Shown here piece by piece: positions 21,997 to 37,736 of a stretch of DNA of 64,000 bases. The notes under the pieces are model-generated. The model searched no databases. It worked only from the letters and a program-made list of their open reading frames with translations, and was not told the origin of the DNA. The position numbers were made by a program, and so were the translations under genes. Every line of letters starts with the position of its first letter. Positions within the stretch are counted from its first letter, which is position 1. This stretch comes from the human T2T-CHM13v2.0 reference genome, Homo sapiens: NCBI RefSeq assembly GCF_009914755.1, contig NC_060926.1; one strand, written 5' to 3'.

Positions 21997-24900
21997 TGAA
22001 GAGATGGACCTCAGATTCAAAATGAAATTTTTTGTTTATTCAGCCTCCACCTTCCCCAGCTATCCACACCTAGGCCCAAGTCCTTCTCACTCAAAGGCTA
22101 CCAACTCACCCAGTTCTTGAAGCCACCTGGACACTATCAGGCATAATTTGAGCTGCCAGTCAGGCCTGGGGTCTGATGCATTAGCCAAGCATGACTGCTG
22201 AGTCCCCAAGTCCCAGCCCTCCTTCCTCCCTCTTCCCCATTACAGGAGTCTCAAGACCAGCTCCTGGGCTGGTTTCTGCTCATCTGCTTCCGCGTTGGAT
22301 CTCCTCTGTGGACCTAGAACTCTGCTTCACAATCTCTCCTGCGGGCTGGGCCCTGGGCTCCATAAAGAGAATCCTGGACGATGACTAACTGGCCACTATC
22401 ACTCCACCCGTCTGTCCAATGCCCCTGTGTTTCTCTGCCAGCCCTGCCGGGACCCAGCACAGACGTGGTCTGAATGTCAACTGAATTTGCCTTATCAGTC
22501 ACTGGCCAAGTCTTGCCCACTTGCTCAAACCCACACTCTCAGCCAAGCCTGGCTGACAGACCAGTCTTGTGCTGGGAAGATGGGGTTGGCTCTGGCATGA
22601 AATCTGTGGGTGGGCCTCAGTCCAGGTGCAGGGTCTCTGCTCCCTCCTTCTCCCCAGTCTCACCCCAAGCTGTCTGCTTCACTCCCATGCTCGGAAATAT
22701 GTCATGCATGAGATTCCTTTCTTGGCTTAGAAATAGATTTTTTTCCTTTACTTTTTTATTTCCACATTTGTCTGAGGATACCAGTGGCCATCTCCTCCTT
22801 TCTCTCAGAGATCTTGAGCCTTTTCTTTTCTTTTGAGACACGGGATCTCGCTCTGTTGTCCAGGCTGGAGTGCAGTGGTTCACTGCAGCCTGGATGTTCC
22901 AGACTCAAGAGATCCTCCCACCTAAGCCTCCCAAATAGCCGCATGAGCCACCACACCCGACTAATTTTTTTAGAGATCTCTATCCTTAACCATCACCTAT
23001 GAGGATAGGGAGGGACAGGGATGCCTGAAATCCCTGAGCCTAATTCAGTCTAGAATATACCAAGCAGAGGACATGAGAATGTGGAGTTCCTAGTCTTCAA
23101 GAGAACTTCCCTGAAGCTCTCAGCCATTCCAGTCAATGCTTCTTTTGTAATATTTCAGAGCAAAAGACTATAGGTGGGTGGGCCTGGGGACAGGATTGGG
23201 TTTGGTTCTGCTGATTCTAAACAAGTCCAGTGTAACTAAAAGGCCAGCACAGGCTGTGGGGGTGGAAAAGACAGGGCTGGGAGCTCCAGGGCACCATAGT
23301 CTCTCACTTGAGAGATGGATATGAAGGGCAGGGTAACCAAGGGGACTTTGGGAATCATCAACCCCAACCCCCATGCTTTATAGATGGGAAACAAAGGCCT
23401 AGAAGTGGAGTCCTTGAAGCCTGAGTCTCCTAATTAAGGAATCTGTCTAGATGCTCTTTTTTTTTTTTTAAGACAGTCTCATTTTGTCACCCAGGCTGGA
23501 GTGCAGAGGCACAATCTCGGCTCACTGCAACCTCTGCCTCCTGGATTCAAGCAATTCTCCTGCCTCAGCCTCCTAAGTAACTGGAACTACAGGTGCCTGC
23601 CACCACGCCCAGCTAGCTTTTGCATTTTTAGTAGAGATGGGGTTTCACCATGTTGGCCAGGCTGGTCTCGAACTCCTGACCTTAAGTGATCCACCCACCT
23701 TGACCTTCCAAAGTGCTGGGATTACAGGCGTGAGCCACCACGCCCCACCTGTCTAGCTGCTCTTATATTGACTATGTGCTTTCCAAATAACTTCCCAATT
23801 TGACTAAGGCTCTGATTCCAGGTATCAGAGGCAGGTCAGCTGCTGTGACAACAGCCAGGTCACTACAGGGACAATGCCAGCTTGTAGACACAGCCGGGGA
23901 TACTCAGAGACTCACCTTTAACTATTCCAGGAGCAAATGGAGTGCAAAACCAGAGCGGGGAGAAAGGAGGCCCCAGTACTCATAAAGCACTGACGTGGAA
24001 AGCTAGAATGGAGACAGCCAGGCCCAGCCAGCCACTCTTCTGGAAAGATAGCATCAAGTATGATTTTACAAGGACAGAGAAGCCAAACAGGCTCTGCCCT
24101 GCCACTGCCACCTATCTGTGACATTCCGCAGGAGACAGGAGTCTCAGATGCAACTGGCCATGTGCCTCAACTGGGTTAACTCCTTTTTACCTTAATCGTC
24201 CTATCTGATGCTCACAAGAACCTTATGAGATAATGGTTATGATCCCCATTTGACATAAAAGAAAACTAAGGCCCAGACAGGCGAAGTGATTTGCTCAAGG
24301 TTTGGAGCCAGTAAATGGCAGAGTGATATTTGACCACCACCGCCCTAACTCCAAGCCCAATGTCCTTTTCTCTGTTCCATGGCTTTCTTCCAGGTTCAGA
24401 CAGGAAAGCACCTTGGAGAGAAGCAGCATTTGGTATTTGTACCTTTGCCAACTCAGGAACCATCAGGAAAGCTCAGAGCCTCCTTGCTTTCTCTTTTGGC
24501 TGAAATAGGCAGGGCTCTGCTGCTGCTGCTTCTGCCTGTGTGAGAGTCTTATGGGGGTCTCTGAGATAAGTGGGTTAGAGCTCTTAACTGTGTGCTGGCA
24601 GGGAGGTTGTCAGGATCCCTAGAGTCCCAGAGAGAGGCTAAAAACTCTGGGAAAATATTTGTGGGAAGGGCCCCTGCACAAGTTCTGTGGTGGAATGATA
24701 TAAAGGTGGCTGGGTGTGGGAGTCAGGGTGCTCCAGTCGGGCTACACACTCTGCCACTCTCTTTGCTACAAAACCTAGCTCTTCAGCCCTTTGGACTTCC
24801 ACTTTCTCATCTGTAAAATGGGGAGAATACCTGCTACCTTTCAGGCCTTGGGTAAGAACAGCAAGTTGGGCTGGGTGCAGAGGCTCACGCCTGTAATCCC

Positions 24901-26737
24901 AGCACTTTGGGAGGCTGAAGCAGGCAGATCACTTGACCCCAGGAGTTCAAGACCAGCCTGGGCAACATAGTGAGACCCCATCTCTACAAAACATTTATTT
25001 TAAAAATTAGCCAGGCGTAGTATTGTGTGCCTGTAGTTCCATCTCTGTAATCTCATCTACTTGGGAAGCTGAGATGAAAGGATTCCTTGAGCCCGGGAGG
25101 TGGAGGCTGTAGTGAGCTGAGATTGCACTACTGCATTCCTGCCTAGGTGACAGAGTGAGACCCTGTCTCAAAAAACAAAACAAAACAAAAAACAGAAACA
25201 AAACAAAACAACCAGCGAGTTTGAGAATAGATGTGAAAGTGTTGGTAAGTGATAAATTACACCCAAATGGTAGTCGTTACTCGCTGTTTCGGTATCTCAT
25301 TGGTATTTTACCCACCACTTGCCACAAAAAGCAAAACCAAAACAACAATCTCAACAGACCCCGCTTCCATCTCTTAGAAAATATAGCCACCCCTTCCTTC
25401 ACAGACCTATTTCTCCTTTTCCAGCGCCCTGATTGTACATCTTGAGGAGTCAGCAGTAAGGGAAGAAGAAATGAAAGAGACAATGGGGAGGGGATGAAGA
25501 GTACCATTTTCAGATGAATAATGCTATTTTCAATGATATCCTTCCCTGGGAGACAAAAATCAGGAGACTGAGTCTGAGTCTCCGCCTTGGATGGCTCAAA
25601 ACACAACAAAAATGACGAATGGTTCAAGTGCTAGGAATTTCCTTATCAAGAAGAAAGAACAATTTGAGATCAGGAAACTATTGGCCAAGGGATGAGGCGA
25701 GCTGGACTCCAGTACCAGCCTTAAACTGAACAAGGCAAGGATGCCCAGAAGTGCCTCAGCTCACCTTGAAAAAAAGCAGGAAGGAAACTAATCAGCCCTT
25801 CTACTTTAGTGAAAAAACCATGAGCCCCTCAGATCAATGCTTATCTTCACCTTTCCGCCCTATTTCCCTTGCTTATTTGTGACTTTCTAGAGGGTTTCTC
25901 TTCAGCAAATCCAGACAACAGAATGTTCCAGTGTCAGAACTGGATGAACCTAAGGATATATATAATGTAGTCTGAGCAGTTTACAGATCAGGTGCGGGGC
26001 CCAGAGGGGTTAGGTTCGTGGTCCTGGGTCACACAGCCTCTAGGCTCCCAGTCAAGGCTGGGTCATTCCTCTCTGTCCTTCACTGTCCTTCACTCAGGCT
26101 GGTTTCTAACCCTGGCCTGCTTCCAAGGTGAATCAGCAAATGGTACAGAAAGCAAGGAATCATCTTTTTTTTTTTTTTCTTTTTTGAGACAGAGTCTTGC
26201 TCTGTCACCCAGGCTGGAGTGCAGTGGCGTGATCTCGGCTCACCGCAACATCCGCCTTCCGGGTTCAAGTGATTCTCCTGCCTCAGCCTCCTGAGTAGCT
26301 AGAATTACAGGCGTGTGCCACCACACCCAGCTAATTTTTGCATTTTTAGTAGAGACAGGGTTTCGCCACGTTGGTCAGGCTGGTCTCGAACTCCTGACCT
26401 CAGGTGATCTGCCTGCTTTGGCCTCCCAAAGTGCTGGGATTACAGGCGTGAGCCACCGCGTCCGGTCAGGAATCATCTATTGGTCATTCCTTACAGCTCC
26501 TGGGAGGGAAAGTGACTTGTCCAAGGTCACAGGATTACCAATAACTGAGTATAATTGAGCATTATTATCAACCCTGGATTTTCCTCAATTATTCATTACC
26601 TTTAAGCAAATCTTCCAACTAGGCATTAACATATATCTTTTATATGTCCCCCCCGTCTTTTTTAAACCATAGAACCCTGACAAAGGGCTTTTTCCTTTAA
26701 AAAATTCAGATTAATTTTTGTTTAATTTTTTAAAAGT

Positions 26738-26839
26738 GGGTGATGGGTGCACCAAAATCTCAGAAATCACCACTAAAGAACTTATCCATGTAACCAAACA
26801 CCACCTGTTCCCCCAAAACTTTTGAAAAAATAAAAAAAA
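26738..26839 (+). mobile_element. Short 5'-truncated L1PB-type 3' end with A-tail
   Basis: GGGTGATGGGTGCACCAAAATCTCAGAAATCACCACTAAAGAACTTATCCATGTAACCAAACACCACCTGTTCCCC..AAAA. Confidence 0.8.
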
Positions 26840-27865
26840 GTCCCAGATGACTTTTTAAAGTATTACATGCTTATTGTGAAAAATAAAATAAAAAGGTATA
26901 AAGTGAAAAATAAAAATTCCCCTCCATATTAAAATCCCTAGCAATAACCATTATTGCGAGTTCTTATGATTCCTTCCAGAAATTTAAAGAATTTAAAGAT
27001 GAAGTTAACTATACCTACTGATTTATGTCCTTGGCCATGGTTACTTAAAAAGATTTGTTGGGTTTTTGTTTTTTTTTTTTAAGACAGAGTCTCACTCTAT
27101 TGCCCAGGCAAGAGAGTGGCGTGATCTTGGCTCACTGCAACCTCTGCCTCCTGGATTCAAGTGATCCTCCCACCTCAGCCTCTGGAGTAGCTGGGACTAC
27201 AGGCACACGCCACCATGCCCAGCTAATTTTTGTATTTTTGGTAGAGACAGGGTTTCGCTATGTTGGCCAAGATAGTCGTGAATGCCTGGCCTCAAGTGAT
27301 CTGCCCACCTCGGCCTCCCGAAGTGCTGGGATTACAGGCGTGAGCCACTGCACCCGGCCAAAGATTTGTTGATTATACGAACGAATGGTGCTGGGCTGAG
27401 GTTAGAAGCTGGGGGTTTGCATCATACAGAAGGACAAAGATGAGTTAAATATCTCAGGAGACAAGAGTTCCCACTGGGGCTTATTAGTCAGGGATCTGGC
27501 ATAAATCCTTCCTGTCTGAGCTGGCATTACAGTGTGGAGGTGAAGATCATGGGTTATGGAGTCAGGCAGACATGGGCTCGTAACTCTGGCCCTACCACTT
27601 TCTAGGTGTGCGAACTTGGAATGTTCATTCCTTAATGTGCCTCAGTATCCTCACTAGTCAGATGAAGATTCACGCTACCGTGAGGATGAAGCAAAATGAT
27701 ACACATAAAGAACACATCAGAACACATCAGGCCGGGCGCGGTGGCTCACGCCTATAATCCCAGCACTTTGGGAGGCCGAGGCAGGCGGATCAGCTGAGAT
27801 CAGGAGTTCGGCGCCAGTCTGGTCAACGTGGCAAAACCCTGTCTCTACTAAAAATACAAAAATTA

Positions 27866-28009
<144 letters not shown>

Positions 28010-28427
28010 TCAAAAAAAAAAAAAAAAAAAAAAAAGAACACATCAGAGTGGTTGGCATTAAGCACGCATGGAAGAAATGGTAGCTATCATTATTACCACC
28101 ACTGTTGTTATTTTTCTGCTGGCCCACCTGAAGAAAGGAGAAACCCTGCATGTACATTAGCTAGTGCTATAGAAATAGCTCAGCCCGGCAGGGCATGGTG
28201 GCTCATGCCTGTAATCCCAGCTCTTTGGGAGTCCGAGGCGGGTGGATCATGAGGTCAGGAGATCGAGACCACCCTGGCCAACATGGTGAAACCCTGTCTC
28301 TATGAAGGAAAAAAAAAAAAAAAAAAAAAAAAGGGCCGGGCACAGTGGCTCATGCCTGTAATCCCAGCACTTTGGGAGGCCGAGGCGGGCGGATCACAAG
28401 GTCAGGAGATGGAGACCATCCTGGCTA

Positions 28428-28772
<345 letters not shown>

Positions 28773-30705
28773 CTACATCTCAAAAAAAAAAAAGAAAAAG
28801 AAAAAAGAAATAGCTCAGCCCAGGGCCTGGGACTCTTCTGTTGAGTATATCTGGGAAGAAAGTGAGACAACTAGAAAGTAATTTTTTAGTATGAGGTGGA
28901 GTTAATGCCCAGGAACTTCTCAGGATATTAAAAATTCTAGATATACCAAACCACAAGTGTGGGTGTCCTATAAGGTCTGAGCATGAGGGTGTGCCTTGTA
29001 CAGCCTCTATAGCTGCAGAGCTGGATCTGTGGAAAGAGAGACCATTTTGTTTCATTTTCTTTTTTTGTGAGTTGGGGTCTCGCTCTGTTGTCCAGGCTGG
29101 AGTGCGGTGGCAAGATCAAGGCTCACTGAAACCTCGAACTCCTAGGCTCAAGCCATCCTTCCATGTCAGCCTCCTGAGCAGCTAGGACTACAGGCATGCA
29201 GTACCATGCCTAGCTTTTTTTTTTTTTTTTTTTTTCTTTTTTTTTTTTTTTTACTTTTTTGTAGAGATGGGGTCTGGCTTTGTTGTCCAGTCTGGTCTCA
29301 AACTCCTGGCCTCAAGTGATCCTCCTACCTCACCCTCCCAATATACTGGGATTTCAGGCATGAGCCACTGCACCTGGGGAAGCATTTCCTTATTCATTCA
29401 AACATGCCACCTGGTTCAGCAGCTCCAGAAGAGGTGCCCCAGACTGGCCAGGCGCAGTGGGCTGGCAGAGAAAAGTGCCCCTCTCTATCTGAATTCCAGG
29501 CCTTTCTTCCTAGTCTTCAGAGCACAATGAGAATATTGTCAAAGCCACTTCATCCAATCTTGTGCTCTGCGGAGGCTGGAAATGACTCAGGGCAGTATGA
29601 TAATACCCTCCTCCAGCCAACACATAGCACGAGAAACCTAACACTGGACCAAAAGGCCTGCTGAGCCTCAATGTCACTTGAAGCCCAGAATCTCATATGG
29701 AAATCCATTAGTGTCATATACTTCCCACTAGTCAAATCTTTGTGTTACAAAATGCCCCCAGGACGCAACGATTCTGTTAACTGACCACACCCACCAGGGA
29801 TGAGAAGGAATACAAGACACTGCTCTCACCAACACCAAGAGGTCATGGACTGTGACCTGGATCCAAACCCAGCCTGGAGTATGGGTCACTTGTTATCTCA
29901 AGGCTTCTTTCAAGGGTCTGATCATACAGGACTCAGCTGATCACACAGCCCCACAAATCTCAGAGTGTCTAGCATGGGGCTGGTGTCCTTGGGGACATGT
30001 GGATGGAACCAGATCAGCTTTGTGGAAGTCTCTGGAGACTGGAGATAGCCCTATTTGAAGACTAACATTAAGATCAGGACAGTGGAATGATACACAGTAT
30101 TTCACTCTCTCCACTACAGCACTTCCTCTCCCAATCGAGGTTTCTTCTTCCCAAAAACCCTGTCGTCCACAGCTTTACCCACTCTACCTCCCCACCTCTT
30201 TCTCTTTCCCCTCTTTATTGTCCCCCTCTATTTCTCTCTTGCTTTTCTCCTATTATCTCTCTCTTTCTCTCTTCTCTTCTTCCCATTGTCTTTGACTCTT
30301 CTCTAACTGGTTATGACAGAGAGCTGAAAAACATCCTCTATTATATTATTGTTTGAATTCATACTACATTAAAATTTAAATCTTCTGGTCTTAATTTTCA
30401 GAAAGCTAAATATTTTCTCTTTTACTGTTTAAAAAATAACATTTTAAACAATTAAGGGCCTTTAAGAGAAAGGGATTCTGAAGATCATCTGGTTCAACGG
30501 CTTTTCTGATATATCAAGCCCTTAGTGCACCACTGACATTCGGTCTCTCCTTGAACACTTCCAGGGATGGGAGCCCATGACTTTACTGGGGCATGATTGA
30601 TGTGTAAAAAGCTGTACATATTTAGGTCAGGCACGGTGGCTCATGCCTGTAATCCCAGCACTTTGGGAGGCTGAGGTGGGTGCATCACCTGAGGTCAGGA
30701 GCTCA

Positions 30706-30933
<228 letters not shown>

Positions 30934-31367
30934 TTAATGTATACAACTCAATGAATTTGGGGACAGGTATACAACCGTGAAATCATCACCACCATCAAGG
31001 CCACCTATTTCTTCTTGAAACAGCCCAATTTTAACTGTTAAAGAGATCTTTAAATTAAGCTTAACCTGCTTCCATAATTCGTACTCCCTGGTTACCAGCA
31101 ACAATCCAGGACACAAAAACAGTGCAATCAGCAGTAGGATAGGGAGGCCCATGTTGATTTCAAAGGAAGGGGTAGAACAGCTGGTGCAGGGTTTTCCTAT
31201 TGGAGTAACCGGCTTGGGCAGGCAAGATAGAAGAGATGCATTGCAGTCAGACTCTGAAGCGCCTTGAATGCCAAACTAAAATGTGATGTGTTTAATATAT
31301 CAGGAAGGTGGCCAAGTGAAAACATCTATTAGGTGGTTTGACATAGCAATAATAATTATTTACTTAA

Positions 31368-31544
<177 letters not shown>

Positions 31545-31641
31545 TGAGCAGCTGGGACTACAGACGCGCGCCACCAAGCCCACCTAATTTTTGTATTTTT
31601 AGTAGAGACGGGGTTTCACCATGTTGTCCAGGCTGGTCTCA

Positions 31642-32825
<1,184 letters not shown>

Positions 32826-33134
32826 TAATTTGCCCAGCCTACTCCTATAATTTTTCAGCACCTCCTCAGGAACCAGTTCCCAACCTGATATTCCTAATTT
32901 TTTAAGCCTAAAAGAGCATCAGATTTTGTGTCAAATCCAGCTGGGTTTACATAGTTTTACTATACCAACCATGTGGTCTTGGGAGAGTTATTTCACCTCA
33001 ATGGAGCTCTGTTTTCTCATCTATAAAACAAGAACAATAAGGCCAGGTGCAGTGGCTCAGGCCTGTAATCCCAGCACTTTGGGAGGCTGAGGCGGGTGGA
33101 TCATGAGGTCAGGAGATCCAGACCATCTTGGCTA

Positions 33135-33462
<328 letters not shown>

Positions 33463-35499
33463 TCAGGCTTGAAACATTCTCTCTTGCATTTATGGTTAAT
33501 CCCCCTGCTGAGGGGTGGGAGAAAGCAGGACCCACAAAAGGGACAATACAATTTCAACACAGTTCGCATTCCTCCTTATGACCGCATCCCTCTGGCTTCC
33601 GGGGCTGCTTCTGCAGGTTCTCTTTTCTACATTCACCACAGAGAGAGTGGGCTCCAGCCAAGAACCCCAGCTCTTCTCCCTCCAGACCTTCTTATTGGGG
33701 ATCACATCCGATGCCGTTGTTTCTGTCTTCAATTCGTGCCTGCATTCTGTATCATCTGTACACAAACACTCTTTTTTTCCTTTAAGTAGCTAAAATCAAA
33801 GTTTTAGGAATCATCTAGTCCAACTCCTTGAAAAAATTAACTAAGCCAGATGCAGTGGCTCATGCCTGTAATCCCAGCACTTTGGAAGGCTGAGGTGGGC
33901 AAATCACAAGGTCAGGAGATCGAGACCAGCCTTGCCAACCTCATGAAACCCCGTCTCTACTAAAAATACAAAAAATTAGCTGGGCATGGTGGTGGGCACC
34001 TGTAATCCCAGCTACTAGGGAGGATGAGGCAGGAGAATCCCTTGAACCCGGGAGGCAGGGTTGCAATGAGCTGAGATCGTGCCATTGCACTCCAGCCTCA
34101 GCAACAAGAACGAAACTCCATCTCAAAAAAAAAGTTAATTTCAAAATTAAAGCAGTCATTTAAAAATTGTCTTGCATGATTACATTTGAATAAAGTAGGC
34201 CTTCTCCCAACCAATCTACGTGTGTTCACCTGTCCTCACTGCAGTATGTATACTGCGCACAAATATTTGGGTTTTCACTGCGCAGTACCAAATATTTGAA
34301 GTTTTCACTGTGCATTGTGGGTCTGTGATGTTACCTATTCCTCCTACCTCACAGGCCTAGTATGTTATCAAGCTCCCACCAGCATTTCCCGCCCACACCC
34401 TCCCTCCCCCAGACACTACATAAGTATAAATTGCTAATGATTACTGATAAACAGGACACTGATCACAATCACAAACTCTCACACATTTGCACACCCGAAC
34501 ATCCCCTGAGGCCCACAGTAAACATGAAAGGAGGGATGAAATGAGATTCCAAGGAGACAGGCATGGTGTTTGTGCACAGTGAGGGGAGAACAAAGAGAAC
34601 AGGGAGCCTGGGAGGTGGCAGGCAGGGAGAGCTGGCGAGACAGACTATGAGATGAGTCAGAGAGAGTGAATGAGGGCACTGGGTCGCATCAACTACCACT
34701 TAGCTGCCCCCAGAGGGTGGCATGAACTGGAAGAAGGGAATGGGAGCTGGTCAGGGAAGAAGCGGAGTTGATGCCATAACTCAGAAAGGGGGGACAGGAG
34801 TAAGCTGCAGATGGGGAGCCTGCCTTCTGAAATCTCCTAGACCTCTCCTGCCTGGCTCTACTCCCAGCAAGCTGCAGGGTTATGGCAAGGCAGCTGGGAT
34901 GGCAGGGTAAAGAAGAAGTCAAGCTAACAACAAAGATGTCTGTCCTGGAGATCACTGGACCCCAGCTTGGTGGACAGAAGCCACCCCATAGCTGCTAATG
35001 CCTTCCATGTATTTGGTGCTTTCAACTTATTTTAAATGCCCTCGTGCTAATGATCTCATTTAATCCTCAACCCTGGGAAATAGGCAGGACTGGGGTTGGT
35101 ATCTCTAACATGCTCCTCCCCTCTTTACCCTGTAGATTCCTCAAGAGCCCTCAAATTGTTTCCACCAGCCTAGAAACATCCGACACTGAACCAGGCGGTG
35201 CCTTGGGGCTATGGGGAACTTGGGTCCTCTGTCTAGGTTCCATTTTGGGTTGCTGGCTGCTGATTGTCCTAGGCTGAGTGTGATGAGAAGTCACAGGGTA
35301 TGGAATCATTCCTGTTGTGGAATTTCCCAGGCACTCCTCCCCCTTTGCTTCCATCTGAACACCTGGTACATAGTGACTGTTTCACCCACTCCCCAGGGAG
35401 CAAGGTCAGGCTTCTCCTCCTCATTAGGTGAATGGAAGCCTGAGGGCTGGAGAGGGAAAGGCGGTTGCCCTGAGTCACACAGTGAGCAAACATGGAGGA

Positions 35500-37310
35500 A
35501 TCTGAGATGCCTTGGAAAGAGCACAGGGCTGGGGGCATCAGAAGACCTGGGTTCCAGTCCTGGCTCTGCTGCCTATCACCCAGGGTCACGAGCTGATAAG
35601 ACACTCACTCCACCTCCCCAGCCTTAGTTTTCATAACTGTTGAATGGAAATAATAGTACCCACCCCTTGGGGTTGTTGGGAGGATCGAATGAGATTAAGA
35701 TGTCAACGCCTTATATAAAAATGAATTACTCTGATTATCAAGTAGCACAGGTAACATTAGGACTCAAGCAGTGGAAAGAGGCTGGGCTCTTCCATATATA
35801 AAGGGGCTAGGCTCTCCTCAACTCACCTGTGTGGCCCTGGGCAAGTCCAGGTCTCAGTTTTCCAAAGCTCCTGCCAACTCTAAGACTGTGATATTTTGTG
35901 GGCTATGCCTCTGGTGCAAGAATTCTGGTGCTGGCCGCCCTGATCTCTTGGCCGTTCTATCATCTGTGCCCCATACTGCCTTAGATCCAAGGATCTCACT
36001 GAGGGAAACTGGTCAGTTCCCAACAACGGAAACCTTCACCCCATCCCTCAGGCAGCCGAAGTGTGTTATTGCATTTTCCTCCCTTCTTAGCCTTTGTTGC
36101 CTTCCAGCTTTCAGGGAGGTGGGGGGTCTTCTTAGCAAAATCAATGGCAGATTGACCAGGTAAGCAAACACTGGATTCCCTCCCTCCTAGGGAGGGCTTC
36201 AATCTAACGGCCCTGCCTCTAATATCTTGCTTCTCTCAGGATGTCCCTAAAGGTTCCAGGCCCCTGATCCTTTCCTTGAGGAAACAGCTCAGCATAACTC
36301 TTCCTGGGCTCAAAGAAGTGAATTAAATATTAAATATGTAAGGCCAGAGCCCCTGCTGCAGCAGCACATTCCCAAAACAGACAATGGCATACAGCTCATC
36401 TGTCACTCTCCCAGTGGCTGTAGGCTGGGCCCCCCTGCTCCCCAGCCCACATTCCTGAGAAGGAATAAGAAATGGCAATATTTTGCTCTTCCCAGCAAGC
36501 TCATGGCTTCCTGTGTCCTTCCTTCAACCCCTAGTGTTGAAGGCTCCAGGGGCCTGGAAATGCCTGGAACATTGAGTTGTGGCATCCTCAGCAATGCAAC
36601 TTAATAGGTCTATGACTGGACAGGGAGGGGCCTCTGTAGTTAGCCCCATTAGGGCCTGGAAGGACCCGGGGGTGAGGAAACAGCTCAGGAAGGATGCTGA
36701 GGTCCTGACATCTCTCAGGGTTATGGGAAATTGGATATTAACTGTGATGAGGCCTCGGGGCAGGGGTCGGTTGGTTTGCTGCTCAGATTAATATAGGCCA
36801 TAGAATTATCAGATAGGTAGAGCCTCAGAGATCACCCAGGCCAACCCTCTATTTTACAGAAAGGTAAACTGAGGCCTGAGAAAAGAGAGAAGCAACTTAC
36901 ACAAGGCCACTCAATGAGCTGTAGAATGGCTAGGCCAGTCTCTTGGTCTCTGGTATAGAGTTTGGTGCTTTTTCCACCCTACCTCCTGCATAACCCCCAA
37001 ATCTCTTTCCTAATGATAGCAAGCAATGGCTCCTGCACTGTAAGGCCCAGGGGACCATTTTCCCAGGGAGCAGAATCTGTTCATGGTCCCACTTTGCCCA
37101 GCTAAGAACTGAAACAGCATGAGGTCCATGGGTTCCAGCTCAGCTCTGCCACTTCATAGGATGGAACCTTGGTCACGTCACTTCTCCAAGCTTTAATTCC
37201 TCACCTCTGAAATGGGGATTTCAGAACTGTGACCCTGGATGGCCAAAGGATCCAATGAGATCATGTATGGATCATATATATGGGGCATTTTTTGAACTGA
37301 AGCACTAACC
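35500..37310. mobile_element. MIR fragments (~35500-35720, ~36800-36930, ~37100-37300)
   Basis: MIR core motifs (GACCTGGGTTCCAGTCCTGGCTCTGC.., ATTTTACAGAAAGGTAAACTGAGGC). Confidence 0.65.
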
Positions 37311-37736
37311 AAATGATATTATTAAAACGACGTGAGGTTTGAAGATGCTGCAGAGGGAGGAAGCCTCAGGGGAGGAGGCTGTGAAGGAACAAGAACCCAC
37401 ATTCACAAGAGGCTGCCTGGCCATCCCACAGACCTGACTGATCCTGAGGCCACCAGCAGGAAATGCCCACAGCAGGTCAGACCACCCCAAGCTCACTGGC
37501 TTGAGAGACCGCCTGTCCACGTTGCTTCGTGTGTGTGTGCCTGTGCATGTACCTGGCAGCCCGGTATCACAGCAATTTGCCTGGCTGCTCTGGGGGCACA
37601 TTTGGCAGGAGGGCAGTGTGCGGTGCTGAGGGAGAACCTCCACTTCAGGCCAGGTCACAGACTCTCAAAGAAGAGCCTCCTTGCCGGGATCCCCTGCGGG
37701 GACATCTCGAGTGCCCAGCTCCTCTGGGGCCCTTAC

